From the NCBI GenBank assembly GCA_022616195.1, contig JAKEFG010000015.1:9354-73353 (forward strand): a stretch of 64,000 nt of DNA, given 5' to 3'. Of this stretch, positions 29,726 through 38,986 are shown piece after piece. A model generated the notes under the pieces. The model searched no databases. It worked only from the letters and a program-made list of their open reading frames with translations, and was not told where the DNA came from. Position numbers and translations under genes: made by a program. This stretch comes from Candidatus Wolfebacteria bacterium. Lineage in GTDB: Bacteria; Patescibacteriota; Minisyncoccia; Phycocordibacterales; EsbW-18. Numbering within the stretch: position 1 is the stretch's first letter; each line of letters starts with the position of its first letter.

Positions 29726-30088
29726 TCAGCGGTTCGGAGAAGGGGACTCCAGTGCCTTGAGTACCAGAATCCACCTTCCCATGGTGGTGTGGTGGGAGAA
29801 GGTGACATTCAGCACCCGCACGCGACTTCCGGGTTCCGGCCTGTAGCCGCTCACAGCGGTGAACAGGTCGCCGTCCGAGATACGCCGGACGATGACGAAC
29901 GAGAAACCAGTGCCCGGGATCTCGTCGCTGAACCCGACGACCTCGAAATCCTCTTGCCACTCGCTGTGGACTTCGGGTGCCGGAAGCCCCGCCTGCCCCG
30001 ACGCCTTGATGTCGTGCTCGACACGCACCAAGACGAGTATCATCAGGGCCGTCACCATCGCCTTGGCCAAAACGCTGAAGATTTTCAT
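29726..30088 (-). CDS. small secreted/anchored hypothetical protein (signal-peptide-like N-terminus)
   Basis: MKIFSVLAKAMVTALMILVLV; GGAGG 5 nt upstream of ATG; G+C-rich relative to neighbours. Confidence 0.6.
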   Translation of the reverse strand: MKIFSVLAKAMVTALMILVLVRVEHDIKASGQAGLPAPEVHSEWQEDFEVVGFSDEIPGTGFSFVIVRRISDGDLFTAVSGYRPEPGSRVRVLNVTFSHHTTMGRWILVLKALESPSPNR

Positions 30089-30254
30089 CTCTTCCTCCTT
30101 GTCGTTATAGTTCTCACTTCTGCTGTAGACGCACCAGTATGCACCTGCAGCAGAAGTGAAAGTATGCCACCAATCTTTTAAAGGACTTTGACGACATTAT
30201 AGCAGATAGAAATACTACCGTCAAGTTTTTTAGGATGTGCTAAAATAGCCTTTA

Positions 30255-31094
30255 ATGACAGTCCCAAAAACGTCCGGTGGAAAAAAGAAATACCCTATCA
30301 ATCATTGGAGTTATTCTTCGCTCATTGCGTACCTGCGCAATCCTTTGGCCTGGCACAAGCGTTATGTTGAGGGTGTGTATGACATCCCAGCAACACCCGC
30401 ATCGGTGGTCGGGCGCGCGGGGCATACGGCGCTCCAGCACTTCTACGGCGGACTCTCCAAGGAAGCGGCGGTTGACCTCGGATTGGAGTATCTTCGAAAT
30501 ATTCCTGACTTTGAGATTGAGTTCGGAAAGGCGACATCTTCCGGGGCGAAGAAGAAAAAGCGCGTCGTGATGGAGCGGGAGTATGTGCGGGCGATTTCTT
30601 TCTACCTCGCGCGTCCGCCGCGGCACAAGGTGCTTGGTGTTGAAGTAAAAGCGCTCGGACACGTTCCCGGTATTCCAGTTCCCGTGAAAGCGGTATCGGA
30701 CCTCGTGGTTGTGTCGCGTGTGGACCCCGAAGCGGTCGATATCGTTGACCACAAATTCGTTGATTTTTTTGGCAGAACTGAAACGGATAACCCCTTATTT
30801 ATGGTCCAGGCGCTCTTCAACTACTACACCGTGCTCGCCGAGTTTGAGAAGCCGGTGAGGCGCTTTCTTGTATATGAGTGCAAGAAAAAGAAAAACAGGG
30901 ACGGAAAGTCACAACTGCGGCGCCACTACATTGATTTCCGCAAATACGAAAAGGAGTTCGCCCTCTTTCATCGCCTGCTTGCCGACGCGACGGAGGATGT
31001 CCGCACGCGCAAGGTGTTTTTGCCCAACCCGTCTGATATGTTTGAAGGGAAAAACTCGCTTGATATTTATCGCTGGGAGCTTGCCGGCAAGTAA
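30255..31094 (+). CDS. PD-(D/E)XK nuclease superfamily protein (RecB/Cas4-like N-terminus, no Cys cluster)
   Basis: N-terminal WSYSSLIAYLRNPLAWHKRYVEG; D..(E/D)xK-like DLVVVSRVDPEAVDIVDHK. Confidence 0.7.
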   Translation: MTVPKTSGGKKKYPINHWSYSSLIAYLRNPLAWHKRYVEGVYDIPATPASVVGRAGHTALQHFYGGLSKEAAVDLGLEYLRNIPDFEIEFGKATSSGAKKKKRVVMEREYVRAISFYLARPPRHKVLGVEVKALGHVPGIPVPVKAVSDLVVVSRVDPEAVDIVDHKFVDFFGRTETDNPLFMVQALFNYYTVLAEFEKPVRRFLVYECKKKKNRDGKSQLRRHYIDFRKYEKEFALFHRLLADATEDVRTRKVFLPNPSDMFEGKNSLDIYRWELAGK

Positions 31095-31134
31095 CCGGGC
31101 GGGTAAGAATAGATCCTAAAAAACGTCTTCTTCT

Positions 31135-31644
31135 ATGAACCAAAACACCAACCCGGAGGAACTCTTTTTGAAGGCGTATGAGGGGTTTGGTGATTCGGTC
31201 TTTCGGCACTGCTATCTGCGCGTTTCGCCTCGCGAGGAAGCGGTGGATATTACCCAGGAGGCATTCATGAAGGTGTGGGACTATCTCCGCACCGGGCAAG
31301 AAGTTCACAACATGAAGGCGTTTGTGTTTAAGACAGTGAACAATCTCATCATTGACTGGTACCGGAAGAAAAAACCGGTGACGCTTGACGACGAAGAGGC
31401 GCTCCGTATTCCCGACACTCTACACGCTACAGATCCGGAACTCGCGGCGCTCGGCAGAGAAGCACTCACACTTCTTGCGCGCCTTGATGGAGAGTACCGA
31501 ACTGTGGTGGAACTCCGTATCATTGAAGGATTTGGTCCTAAGGAGATTGCCGAGATCTTGGGCGAGACCGAGAACGCGGTATCGGTGCGCATTCACCGCG
31601 GCATTGCAAAACTTCGTGAATTGTATGAAAGCTCACCGGAGTAA
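31135..31644 (+). CDS. ECF (group IV) sigma factor
   Basis: sigma70 region 2 (AFMKVWDYL..NNLIIDWYRKKK) and region 4 (EGFGPKEIAEILGETENAVSVRIHRGIAKLRE). Confidence 0.88.
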   Translation: MNQNTNPEELFLKAYEGFGDSVFRHCYLRVSPREEAVDITQEAFMKVWDYLRTGQEVHNMKAFVFKTVNNLIIDWYRKKKPVTLDDEEALRIPDTLHATDPELAALGREALTLLARLDGEYRTVVELRIIEGFGPKEIAEILGETENAVSVRIHRGIAKLRELYESSPE

Positions 31645-31648
31645 CGTC

Positions 31649-32848
31649 ATGGAAGAAGAATTTGCACAACTGAAGAGTCAACTTGAAACAATTCGTCTCT
31701 CTGCGGCGGAGCGTGAGCGCGTGCATGCGGTGCTTTCGGAATACGTCACGCACCGGCCTGTGTCGCGCGGCTCTGCGCCGGCGCCTGTGGGATACGCGTG
31801 GTTTGCCGTACACCGTTTTGTCGCGGTGGTTGCCGTAGCGCTTGTCGTAGTACTTTTTGGTGGAACGGTCTCATATGCCGCGGAGGGGGCGCTTCCCGGC
31901 GATGCGCTCTATGCGGTGAAAGTGGGCGTCAACGAGCCGCTTCGCGACACGTTCGCGCGCACGCCCGAACATAGAGCGACGCGGGAGGTTGATAAGGTGA
32001 ATCGTCGGCTTGCGGAAGCGGAGACGCTTGCCGCAGAAGGGCGTCTCAATGCGGCGCTCCGTGAGGATATCGAAACGCGTGTCACTGTGCATCTTGCCGC
32101 GGCGGAAGCACGCGTCGCGATGCTCAAAACCGACACGGATATCGCCGAAACGCTTGATGCGACGCTTGACGTGCACGACAGTATCCTCGCCTCGCTTGGG
32201 GAAGACGAGGTGGACGGCGAGGAAGTGGGCGTGCTTCTTGCGCGCGTGCGCACCGTGACGTCTCTACGGGCACACGAATACGGAAGGAGCGGGGGCGAGG
32301 AGCCGCAGGCACCAATGATGGCGCTCCAGACACCGTCTCCCTCTGCGGACGAAGAAGAACAACAAGCGGCGGCGGAAAGCGGCGCAGAGGCGGACCTTGC
32401 GGCAGAGATAACGGAGGTGGGGGCGGAGCTGGATACACTCCAGGAACGTGCTCTCTTAGGGCGTCCCAACGTGCGCATTTCGGTGCGCGAGGAGGCGGAG
32501 CGTCTTCTCAACGCGGCTGACAGAGCGCTTGCGGATGCCGACAAGGAACTTGCGAAAGGAGAATTTGAAACAGCGGAAGAAAAACTCACACTCGCGCGGC
32601 GCGCACTGCACCGCGCGACGATCGTGCTCAACGCCGCACTGCGGCTTCCGGAGAACATCAAACTTTTTCCCGTCCGGCTTCCGGAAAACGGTAGTGACGC
32701 TGACGCGCAAAATGGCGACGGCGACGTTGAGAGCGCGTCGGTGGGGAGTGACCGAGAGGGCAATGACGACGGTGAAGACAGAGAAGAATCACGGCGCGGC
32801 TCGTCACGCGAAGACGACGATGGACGGACGCGAAGGGGAGCAGGTTGA
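31649..32848 (+). CDS. putative anti-sigma factor (cytoplasmic N-term, one TM, DUF5667-like extracytoplasmic helical domain, highly acidic tail)
   Basis: starts 5 nt after the ECF stop; TM AWFAVHRFVAVVAVALVVVLFGG; Ala/Arg/Glu-rich coiled region; C-terminal DADAQNGDGDVESASVGSDREGNDDGEDREE. Confidence 0.7.
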   Translation: MEEEFAQLKSQLETIRLSAAERERVHAVLSEYVTHRPVSRGSAPAPVGYAWFAVHRFVAVVAVALVVVLFGGTVSYAAEGALPGDALYAVKVGVNEPLRDTFARTPEHRATREVDKVNRRLAEAETLAAEGRLNAALREDIETRVTVHLAAAEARVAMLKTDTDIAETLDATLDVHDSILASLGEDEVDGEEVGVLLARVRTVTSLRAHEYGRSGGEEPQAPMMALQTPSPSADEEEQQAAAESGAEADLAAEITEVGAELDTLQERALLGRPNVRISVREEAERLLNAADRALADADKELAKGEFETAEEKLTLARRALHRATIVLNAALRLPENIKLFPVRLPENGSDADAQNGDGDVESASVGSDREGNDDGEDREESRRGSSREDDDGRTRRGAG

Positions 32849-32878
32849 GAATATCCTGAAATTTTAGGATGCGGATGG

Positions 32879-34780
32879 TTACTTACTCGTGAACCGGTAC
32901 ACGCCGTCCCAACGCTCGGGGGGCTGCTGTTTGAATTCCCGCGCCCGCTCAAGAAGGAGCGCGGACGGACCGTCTGGTTCTGTAGCGAGCGCCTCGTTGA
33001 ATGCAGCGATTGCTCTGTCCCAGTCGCCCCGCTCGTACGCCGCCCGTCCGCGCTCATAGTGTTCAAAAAGTGTTTGGTGTGCGGGTGTCACGCCGCGCGC
33101 GATGAGCTCATAGAGGGCGCGCGGCTCGCTTTTGCCTTTGACCGCGACGCGGTCAAGGAGACGTGTGGGAAGGTCGGGTAGGGCGGCAATTGCGTCGCGG
33201 GTGTTTTCTCCAATAAGGATAGGGACGCCGTACGCTTTGGTGAGCCCCTCGAGGCGCGACGAGAAGTTCACTTCGTCGCCGACGATGGTGTAGTTGAAAC
33301 GTTTCGCGGAGCCCATGTTACCCACGACGACCTCGCCCGTCGAGATGCCGATGCCGATGCGGATTTCCGGCTTACCGTCTTTCTTCCATGTTTTGTTGAG
33401 CATATCAAGTATGGCAATCATGGCGAGCGCTCCGCGGCAGGCGTGCTCCGCGTGCGTGGGGTCGTCAATCGGTGCCCCCCAGAACGCCATAATCGCATCC
33501 CCGATGTATTTATCGACGAGTCCGCGATGTTCCAAAATAGTGTCCGTCATTGCCGAGAGATATTCGTTGAGGCGCTCCGTGAGTTCTTCGGGCGAGAGCG
33601 ACTCCGAGAGTGTGGTGAATCCGCGGATGTCGGAGAAGAGAATGGAGAGCGTTTTTCGTTTGCCCCCGAGCGAGAGCTTTGAAGGGTCGCGGACGAGTTC
33701 GTTCACAACCTCGGGTGCAAGGTAGTACTGGAACGTGGTGCGGATGAATTGTTTTTCGCGCGCCTCGGTTGCGTATTGGTACACGACGCCTCCCCCTGCG
33801 GCGAGGATGAACGCGAGCTCAAGATAGAGCACGGGAGTGACGAGATACACGCCGAAGAGCGCCGCCGCCACGAGGTAGATGAGGCCGACGCCGAGAGCGA
33901 ACAGAACGATGAGCGGCAGGGTTTTTCGGATGAATGCCGCGAGAAGCGTTGCGAGAAATGCGGCGAGGGCGATGCCAAGGACACCCCACGGGCGCGGCAA
34001 ATCGCGGAAGCGGCTCGGCGATTCAAGTGTCGCGAGCGCGTTCGCCTGAAACTCAACGCCCGGCATGAGCCCCACGGGCGTTTCAACGCTGTCTTTGAGG
34101 TCGGGCGCGGTGGCGCCGATGAGCACCGTTTTGTGAGCGAAAACGTCTTCGGGTACCGTACCCTCGAGCACGTCTATAAGCGAAATGGTCGGGAACGTTT
34201 CGGCAGGCCCCCGCCAATCAATTCGTGCGGTTTCGGGAATTACCGCAGTTTTTCCCGCAAGCGCTTCCGCGAAGCTCGGCCTACCGAGCGCCATGAGACG
34301 CACAGCGCCGTCCGCGTCGAGGGAGACATTCACCGCCCCGAGGGAAACGTTCTCTCCCGTGAGGGAAGGGAGCGGCCCGAAGCTGTTTCCGGTGCGCGGG
34401 TCTATAAAGAGTGGCAGGACGACGCGCCCCGGAAACGTCCGGAGCGCCTCCGCAAGCCGGTTATCGTCAAATGCGCCCACTCGCGACGGCTCCGCGAAAT
34501 TAACGTCAATGCCGACGACCTCGGCCCTACGGAGGCGCGCGATGGCGTCGGCAAACACGGCGCGCGGCCACGGCCACTGACCGACTGCGCGCAAACTTCT
34601 GTCGTCAATCGCGATAATGAGAATGTCTCGCGGCGGGTCTTTTCGTATAACAAACCGGTCAAGGATATTTTCCTCGGCGGTATCAAGCGCTCCGGAGAGG
34701 TAGAGCGCTCCGGCGAGAAGGGCGGCGATGAGCGCGACGAGCGCGAGACCGATGTGCCGACGGTGGAGAAAAACACCCAT
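32879..34780 (-). CDS. CHASE2 sensor - class III adenylate/guanylate cyclase (with C-terminal TPR-like segment)
   Basis: CHASE2 region (ILIIAIDDRSLRAVGQWPWPRAVFADAIARL), TM bundle, cyclase core LSILFSDIRGFTTLSE..KYIGDAIMAFWGAP..GISTGEVVVGNMGS. Confidence 0.88.
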   Translation of the reverse strand: MGVFLHRRHIGLALVALIAALLAGALYLSGALDTAEENILDRFVIRKDPPRDILIIAIDDRSLRAVGQWPWPRAVFADAIARLRRAEVVGIDVNFAEPSRVGAFDDNRLAEALRTFPGRVVLPLFIDPRTGNSFGPLPSLTGENVSLGAVNVSLDADGAVRLMALGRPSFAEALAGKTAVIPETARIDWRGPAETFPTISLIDVLEGTVPEDVFAHKTVLIGATAPDLKDSVETPVGLMPGVEFQANALATLESPSRFRDLPRPWGVLGIALAAFLATLLAAFIRKTLPLIVLFALGVGLIYLVAAALFGVYLVTPVLYLELAFILAAGGGVVYQYATEAREKQFIRTTFQYYLAPEVVNELVRDPSKLSLGGKRKTLSILFSDIRGFTTLSESLSPEELTERLNEYLSAMTDTILEHRGLVDKYIGDAIMAFWGAPIDDPTHAEHACRGALAMIAILDMLNKTWKKDGKPEIRIGIGISTGEVVVGNMGSAKRFNYTIVGDEVNFSSRLEGLTKAYGVPILIGENTRDAIAALPDLPTRLLDRVAVKGKSEPRALYELIARGVTPAHQTLFEHYERGRAAYERGDWDRAIAAFNEALATEPDGPSALLLERAREFKQQPPERWDGVYRFTSK

Positions 34781-34783
34781 GGT

Positions 34784-35860
34784 TTATTGTTGCCCTTGAG
34801 GATAGGCAACTGTGCCGGTGGGCTCACTGCCGTTTGCGCCTGCGGACTCTCTCTCGGGACTCGGCTCCGCGACGGAGAGGGCGTCGGAGAGCGTTGCGCG
34901 CACTCCCGCGGCGTTGACGACACTCACATCAAAGGTACCCGCGCTATTGAGGAGCCGTGCATCAAAGTAGAGCGTGCTGTCCTGCGGTATGAAAAATTCA
35001 GCGATACTTTGGGAACCCACAAAGACCTCTGTGACGTCGGTGAACCCCGAGCCGGTGAGGACAATATTGTCTTCTTCGCCCAACACCGCCGCCGAGGGGT
35101 TCACCTGGATGAGCGTGAGCGGAGGTGGCGGGGATATGTCGGGCTCCGCGGGCGGCATCGCGAACTCCGTGTCGATTTCTGCAGGCGGCTCCGCGAAGTC
35201 GGGGTTGTTGAACCCGAACCACTCGCTTGAAGTGTCTTCGGGCGAGAGCGGCTCTATGATGATGCCGTCCGTAAAGCTCACCGTCGCTTTTGAGCCCGCT
35301 TCAACGGTCTCAAGCGTGTTGGGAAGGCGCTCGCCGGTTTCGGGGTTCTTTTGTATGACATCCACACTATTCTCCGTTACCAGTATGCTCGTACTTGCGG
35401 CGCTCGCGTTCGTGCCGAATGAAGTGCCGCGCACCGCGGCAACCGCGTGCTGTGTTTCTATTTCGTAAAACTCCCCCTGTTCAAGCGATTTTTCAATGCG
35501 CGACCAGAGGTTTCCCGTATGGAGCGCGAGTGCGGTGCGCCCGGCGTCTCCCGCGGCGACGGTGAGCTCCGTGTTCTCGCCGACGACGGTGATGCTCGTA
35601 CCCGGCGCCTCAATCAAGGCGCGCCCCGTATCGTCGGTGCGTACAATCGCGCCGGGGAAGAGCTCCATGCTACTGGTGGCGGCAGTAAAACTTACACTCG
35701 ATGTTGCCCGGACAGAGAGCGCGGCGGAGAGTACGGTGAGGCGGGAGGGGAATGCCGCACCCTCGTTGGGTGTTTCCGCGTCACCGGATAAGAGAAGCCA
35801 CGCGCCACCCGCGACAAGAAGCACTACGAGGGCAAGAACGGTTTTTGCCCACAGTTTCAT
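34784..35860 (-). CDS. FecR-domain protein with signal peptide and C-terminal Ig-like region; forms an operon with the CHASE2 cyclase (4-nt gap)
   Basis: HAVAAVRGTSFGTNASAASTSILVTENSVDV resembles the FecR (PF04773) core; N-terminal MKLWAKTVLALVVLLVAGGAWLLLS. Confidence 0.75.
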   Translation of the reverse strand: MKLWAKTVLALVVLLVAGGAWLLLSGDAETPNEGAAFPSRLTVLSAALSVRATSSVSFTAATSSMELFPGAIVRTDDTGRALIEAPGTSITVVGENTELTVAAGDAGRTALALHTGNLWSRIEKSLEQGEFYEIETQHAVAAVRGTSFGTNASAASTSILVTENSVDVIQKNPETGERLPNTLETVEAGSKATVSFTDGIIIEPLSPEDTSSEWFGFNNPDFAEPPAEIDTEFAMPPAEPDISPPPPLTLIQVNPSAAVLGEEDNIVLTGSGFTDVTEVFVGSQSIAEFFIPQDSTLYFDARLLNSAGTFDVSVVNAAGVRATLSDALSVAEPSPERESAGANGSEPTGTVAYPQGQQ

Positions 35861-35918
35861 GAACCTATCCTACGCTTCTCGCGGGTGCGGAGCAAGGAAA
35901 GGTGAAAGACCTGTTATT

Positions 35919-36332
35919 TTATTGCCAGACCGCGAGAATGATGCCCATCACAAGCAGATTTACGAGGTCGTAGCCGATGTTGAGGAAGTAGAGTTTCCAC
36001 GGGCGCATCTCCCAGAGAACGGAGCCGAGCTTGGTGGTCACGAAGAAACCGAGCCAGACGAGAAAGCCGAGCGTGAGACCGCCGGTCACGCCCGCGACAC
36101 CGAGTGAAGAAATGAGGTAGGCGAGCGTGAACGCGGTGACGAGCGCGCCGATGAAGCCAATGATATACGACTTCATCATCCCCTTCTTTTTACCCGCATC
36201 CATCTGTAGAGGGGTGATACCCATAAGCGCCATCCACGGTTTGCCGAAGAGCGGACCGTACCAGAGGGAGCCAATGCCCATGGCGACGATGCCCGCAACA
36301 AGGACAGCAAGATAGTTGATATCTCCAAACAT
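35919..36332 (-). CDS. DUF1761-family membrane protein
   Basis: MFGDINYLAVLVAGIVAMGIGSLWYGPLFGKPW N-terminus, 4 TM. Confidence 0.65.
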   Translation of the reverse strand: MFGDINYLAVLVAGIVAMGIGSLWYGPLFGKPWMALMGITPLQMDAGKKKGMMKSYIIGFIGALVTAFTLAYLISSLGVAGVTGGLTLGFLVWLGFFVTTKLGSVLWEMRPWKLYFLNIGYDLVNLLVMGIILAVWQ

Positions 36333-36506
36333 ACTGTTGTGTGTAACGGTGAGCTAGTAATGGCGACACTCTCTACTCTACACCATCCGAGGGCACTTTC
36401 CACACATACGTTTTTTGGCTACAATAGAGCATATTCTGCGGCTGCCCTGTCCTGTTAGACGCGGATGCTGTCTAATGGGATCAACGACCCCGCACCAAAA
36501 TTTCGC

Positions 36507-36578
36507 TCCGCGGTAGCACAGCGGTAGTGCAGCTCCCTGTTAAGGAGTTGGTCGCAGGTTCGAATCCTGCCCGCGGAG
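36507..36578 (+). tRNA. tRNA-Asn (anticodon GTT), CCA not encoded
   Basis: 7-bp acceptor stem tccgcgg/ccgcgga, D stem gcac/gtgc, anticodon loop cuGUUaa, T arm gcagg-ttcgaat-cctgc. Confidence 0.85.
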
Positions 36579-37001
36579 CGAAGCATTGATGCGAAGTGGG
36601 AGGAGCAGCGAGCGTTCCAGCTTGCCCCGCCGGAGTTCTCACGAAGGAGGGCCCGCGGAGCCATTCGAGAAGTTCATGGCCCTGTGTCAGGCCCAGGGGC
36701 GGGCATTTTGTCTCTTTTCTCCAACAACAGAAGTCGAAGTCTGTGCATGCTGACCCGTGGTTTGTCGCACAAGCTAAAGTTGAAAATCTGATTTTGATAA
36801 CGGAGGAGGCGGTGAGTAGTCCCAAGAGAATCCCGCAAGTCTGTACAGCCGTCGGCGTAAAATCCCTCAGTATTCTCGGACTGATTCAGGAAGAAGGTTG
36901 GAGTTATTAGGGAGCCACGCAAAAATTATATAATTTTGGTATGATAAAAAAGCGAGTACGCCGGTTCGCCTAACAAAATCTTTAATAATAACTTTGAGCC
37001 T

Positions 37002-37388
37002 ATGGCAAAAGTAATCACAACCGAAGAATTGAAAAAGAAAATTGATGACCTGCTTGCCGGCAAGGCAGGGGGCGGAGATTTTTACCCCATTGATGCGCTC
37101 GCGCCGACAAGCTTTGCGGCGCGCCATATCCCCGGAGCAAAAAATGTTCCCAACGGTCTTCAATACGCGGAAAACTTTGAAAAGGTTGTAGGCGCGCCGA
37201 AGGACCTGCCTGCCGGCAGGCAGGCGCCTGAAATCATCGTCTATTGTTCGTCAAGCGGCTGTATGGCAAGCGTCCAGGCGGCTCATGCTCTTGAGGAAGC
37301 CGGATACACCAACGTTACCCACTACAAAGACGGCCTCGCCGGCTGGCAGAAAGCGGGATACGAATTTGAGGGAGAAGCGGCGGCATAG
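37002..37388 (+). CDS. single-domain rhodanese-like sulfurtransferase
   Basis: active-site loop YCSSSGCMAS; GWQKAG tail. Confidence 0.88.
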   Translation: MAKVITTEELKKKIDDLLAGKAGGGDFYPIDALAPTSFAARHIPGAKNVPNGLQYAENFEKVVGAPKDLPAGRQAPEIIVYCSSSGCMASVQAAHALEEAGYTNVTHYKDGLAGWQKAGYEFEGEAAA

Positions 37389-37512
37389 TCAGCCCTGCAA
37401 AAAATTTCAAAAATCATGAATCTTTTGCTCACCTCTAGCTCCTAACCTCCAGCGCCTACCACTGTCTGGTGTGGTATACTAAGATACGTTATTAGCCTTA
37501 AATGTACATAGT

Positions 37513-37974
37513 ATGAAAAATACAGTTATTTGGATTGTTGTCATACTCGTTATTGTTCTTGCCATCTTTTGGTTCATGAATCGCCCTGACGGCGAAGTAC
37601 CAACTGAAGAACAGGAGCAAGAACAAGAGGAGGAAGTGCAATCAGTCACCGTCTCTCTTAGTGAGCAAAATGACTCCGGCATGTCAGGGGTTGCTATACT
37701 TACTGAAGTAGAAGGAGGCACGCATGTTGCGCTTAATCTTACCGGGGCACCTGAAGGTGTAGCACAACCGGCACACATTCACACGGGTTCGTGTGCTGCT
37801 ATCGGAGAAGTAGTGTATCCGCTTGAATCCCCAGTCAATGGCGTTTCCGAAACACTGCTCAATACTTCACTGGACAGCTTGCTCATAAGCCAGCTTCCAC
37901 TTGCGCTCAATGTCCACAAATCTGCCGAAGAGGTAGATGTGTATGTTGCATGTGGGGACTTAGATTTAGGCTAA
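37513..37974 (+). CDS. membrane-anchored protein with CHRD-like domain (AHIHTGSC motif)
   Basis: N-terminal TM, acidic EQEQEQEEE linker, then HIH-containing beta domain; assignment tentative. Confidence 0.5.
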   Translation: MKNTVIWIVVILVIVLAIFWFMNRPDGEVPTEEQEQEQEEEVQSVTVSLSEQNDSGMSGVAILTEVEGGTHVALNLTGAPEGVAQPAHIHTGSCAAIGEVVYPLESPVNGVSETLLNTSLDSLLISQLPLALNVHKSAEEVDVYVACGDLDLG

Positions 37975-38003
37975 TAGATAAACTCCAAGACGGTTTGTCG
38001 TCA

Positions 38004-38040
38004 GAAAATCCCCGTCTGCGCCAGCGGGCGGGGATTTTCT
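38004..38040 (+). terminator. intrinsic terminator gaaaatcccc..ggggattttct
   Basis: GC-rich stem flanked by A/T runs, 30 nt after the stop. Confidence 0.55.
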
Positions 38041-38055
38041 CCCTAGTTGTATTAA

Positions 38056-38094
38056 AAATACATACCTGCCTGTCCGGCAGGCAGGTATGTATTT
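38056..38094 (+). terminator. second tandem hairpin with a 17-bp perfect stem (aaatacatacctgcctg-tccgg-caggcaggtatgtattt), followed by TCTTCTT
   Basis: exact inverted repeat; its core cctgcctg(t)ccggcaggcagg also occurs at 37205-37224 inside the rhodanese CDS. Confidence 0.6.
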
Positions 38095-38305
38095 CTTCTT
38101 GGGGGGTATATCCACACACTAGGTTTCCTGTGGTGTGAACACAAGCAAAGCTCGACAGGAAACATATTGACATCTGTTTGTTCCCGGGGTATCATCTTCC
38201 CAGACCATCCTTACGGGGTTAACCCCGCCGTGCTCGTCTCGGGCCGTGTGGGCCTCGGGATAATCGCACCTCACAACGGATTGTGAAACCAAGGAGGTTC
38301 TTCCG

Positions 38306-38827
38306 GTGAAGCACACGACTCTGATCGCACTCGCACTCCTCACCGTTCTCGCCGCTCCCCCCGCGTTCGCTCAGGAGGAGTCCATTCGCGTCGAGAGCAC
38401 CGTTCTCGTGGACGAGGGGGTTGTCCAGGACCTCCGCTCGCCCGAGGTCCGGCTGTACGTCGTCCGGGAGTGGGGAGATCTGTGGTGGATCCGGCTGGGA
38501 ACCTGCGAGCCACCGACATCGCCCACACTCGTGTTGCACTTCGAGCAAGGAGTCGGAACCCTCCAGGCGGTCCTGGCCGCCGAGGAAAGCTTCCTCTATG
38601 AGAGTACCGACGACCAGCCCAGTCGGGACTTCGCCGACCTCACGGAGGCCGCGGAGCACGGTTGCGAACCGCTCTCCCGCGAAGAATTCCTCGCGGAACT
38701 CCCGACGGAGCTCCGCGACCTCTTGGAGGGTACTTCCGCGGCCCCGGCCTACAACTACGAGATCGTGACGGTCGAGGAGGACGGCACCGTGCGGCTCTCT
38801 CGGAGTCCCGATCCTCCCACGCAGTGA
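38306..38827 (+). CDS. secreted hypothetical protein (cleavable signal peptide, acidic)
   Basis: MKHTTLIALALLTVLAAPPAFAQEE; GTG start 8 nt after AGGAGG; ~60% G+C. Confidence 0.6.
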   Translation: MKHTTLIALALLTVLAAPPAFAQEESIRVESTVLVDEGVVQDLRSPEVRLYVVREWGDLWWIRLGTCEPPTSPTLVLHFEQGVGTLQAVLAAEESFLYESTDDQPSRDFADLTEAAEHGCEPLSREEFLAELPTELRDLLEGTSAAPAYNYEIVTVEEDGTVRLSRSPDPPTQ

Positions 38828-38860
38828 GGCTCGGGGCGGCGACCCTGTGTTCTTTCGTTA

Positions 38861-38890
38861 CCCCGCGCTTCGGACACCGAAGCGCGGGGC
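38861..38890 (+). terminator. 13-bp perfect stem hairpin ccccgcgcttcgg-acac-ccgaagcgcgggg, T-run 8 nt further
   Basis: exact inverted repeat after the stop at 38827. Confidence 0.5.
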
Positions 38891-38986
38891 GAACTCGTTT
38901 TATCTGGTGTGAGTGTTCCTGCCTGCGGGGTCATTATTTTTCACTCAAGATAGACCAAAGAACCTTTTACTGGTTTAATTGGGTCT

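Noticed and set aside
31909-33066. 385-aa Ser/Arg-rich minus-strand ORF and 493-aa plus-strand ORF (33749-35230) in the G+C-rich island
   Set aside because: Both are antisense to the well-supported anti-sigma, cyclase and FecR genes. High G+C suppresses stop codons, and their composition is low-complexity.
36596-36922. Overlapping 82-104-aa ORFs downstream of tRNA-Asn
   Set aside because: No start-site signals (neither an extended -10 nor an SD), implausible composition, and mutually overlapping on both strands. The region is treated as non-coding spacer.
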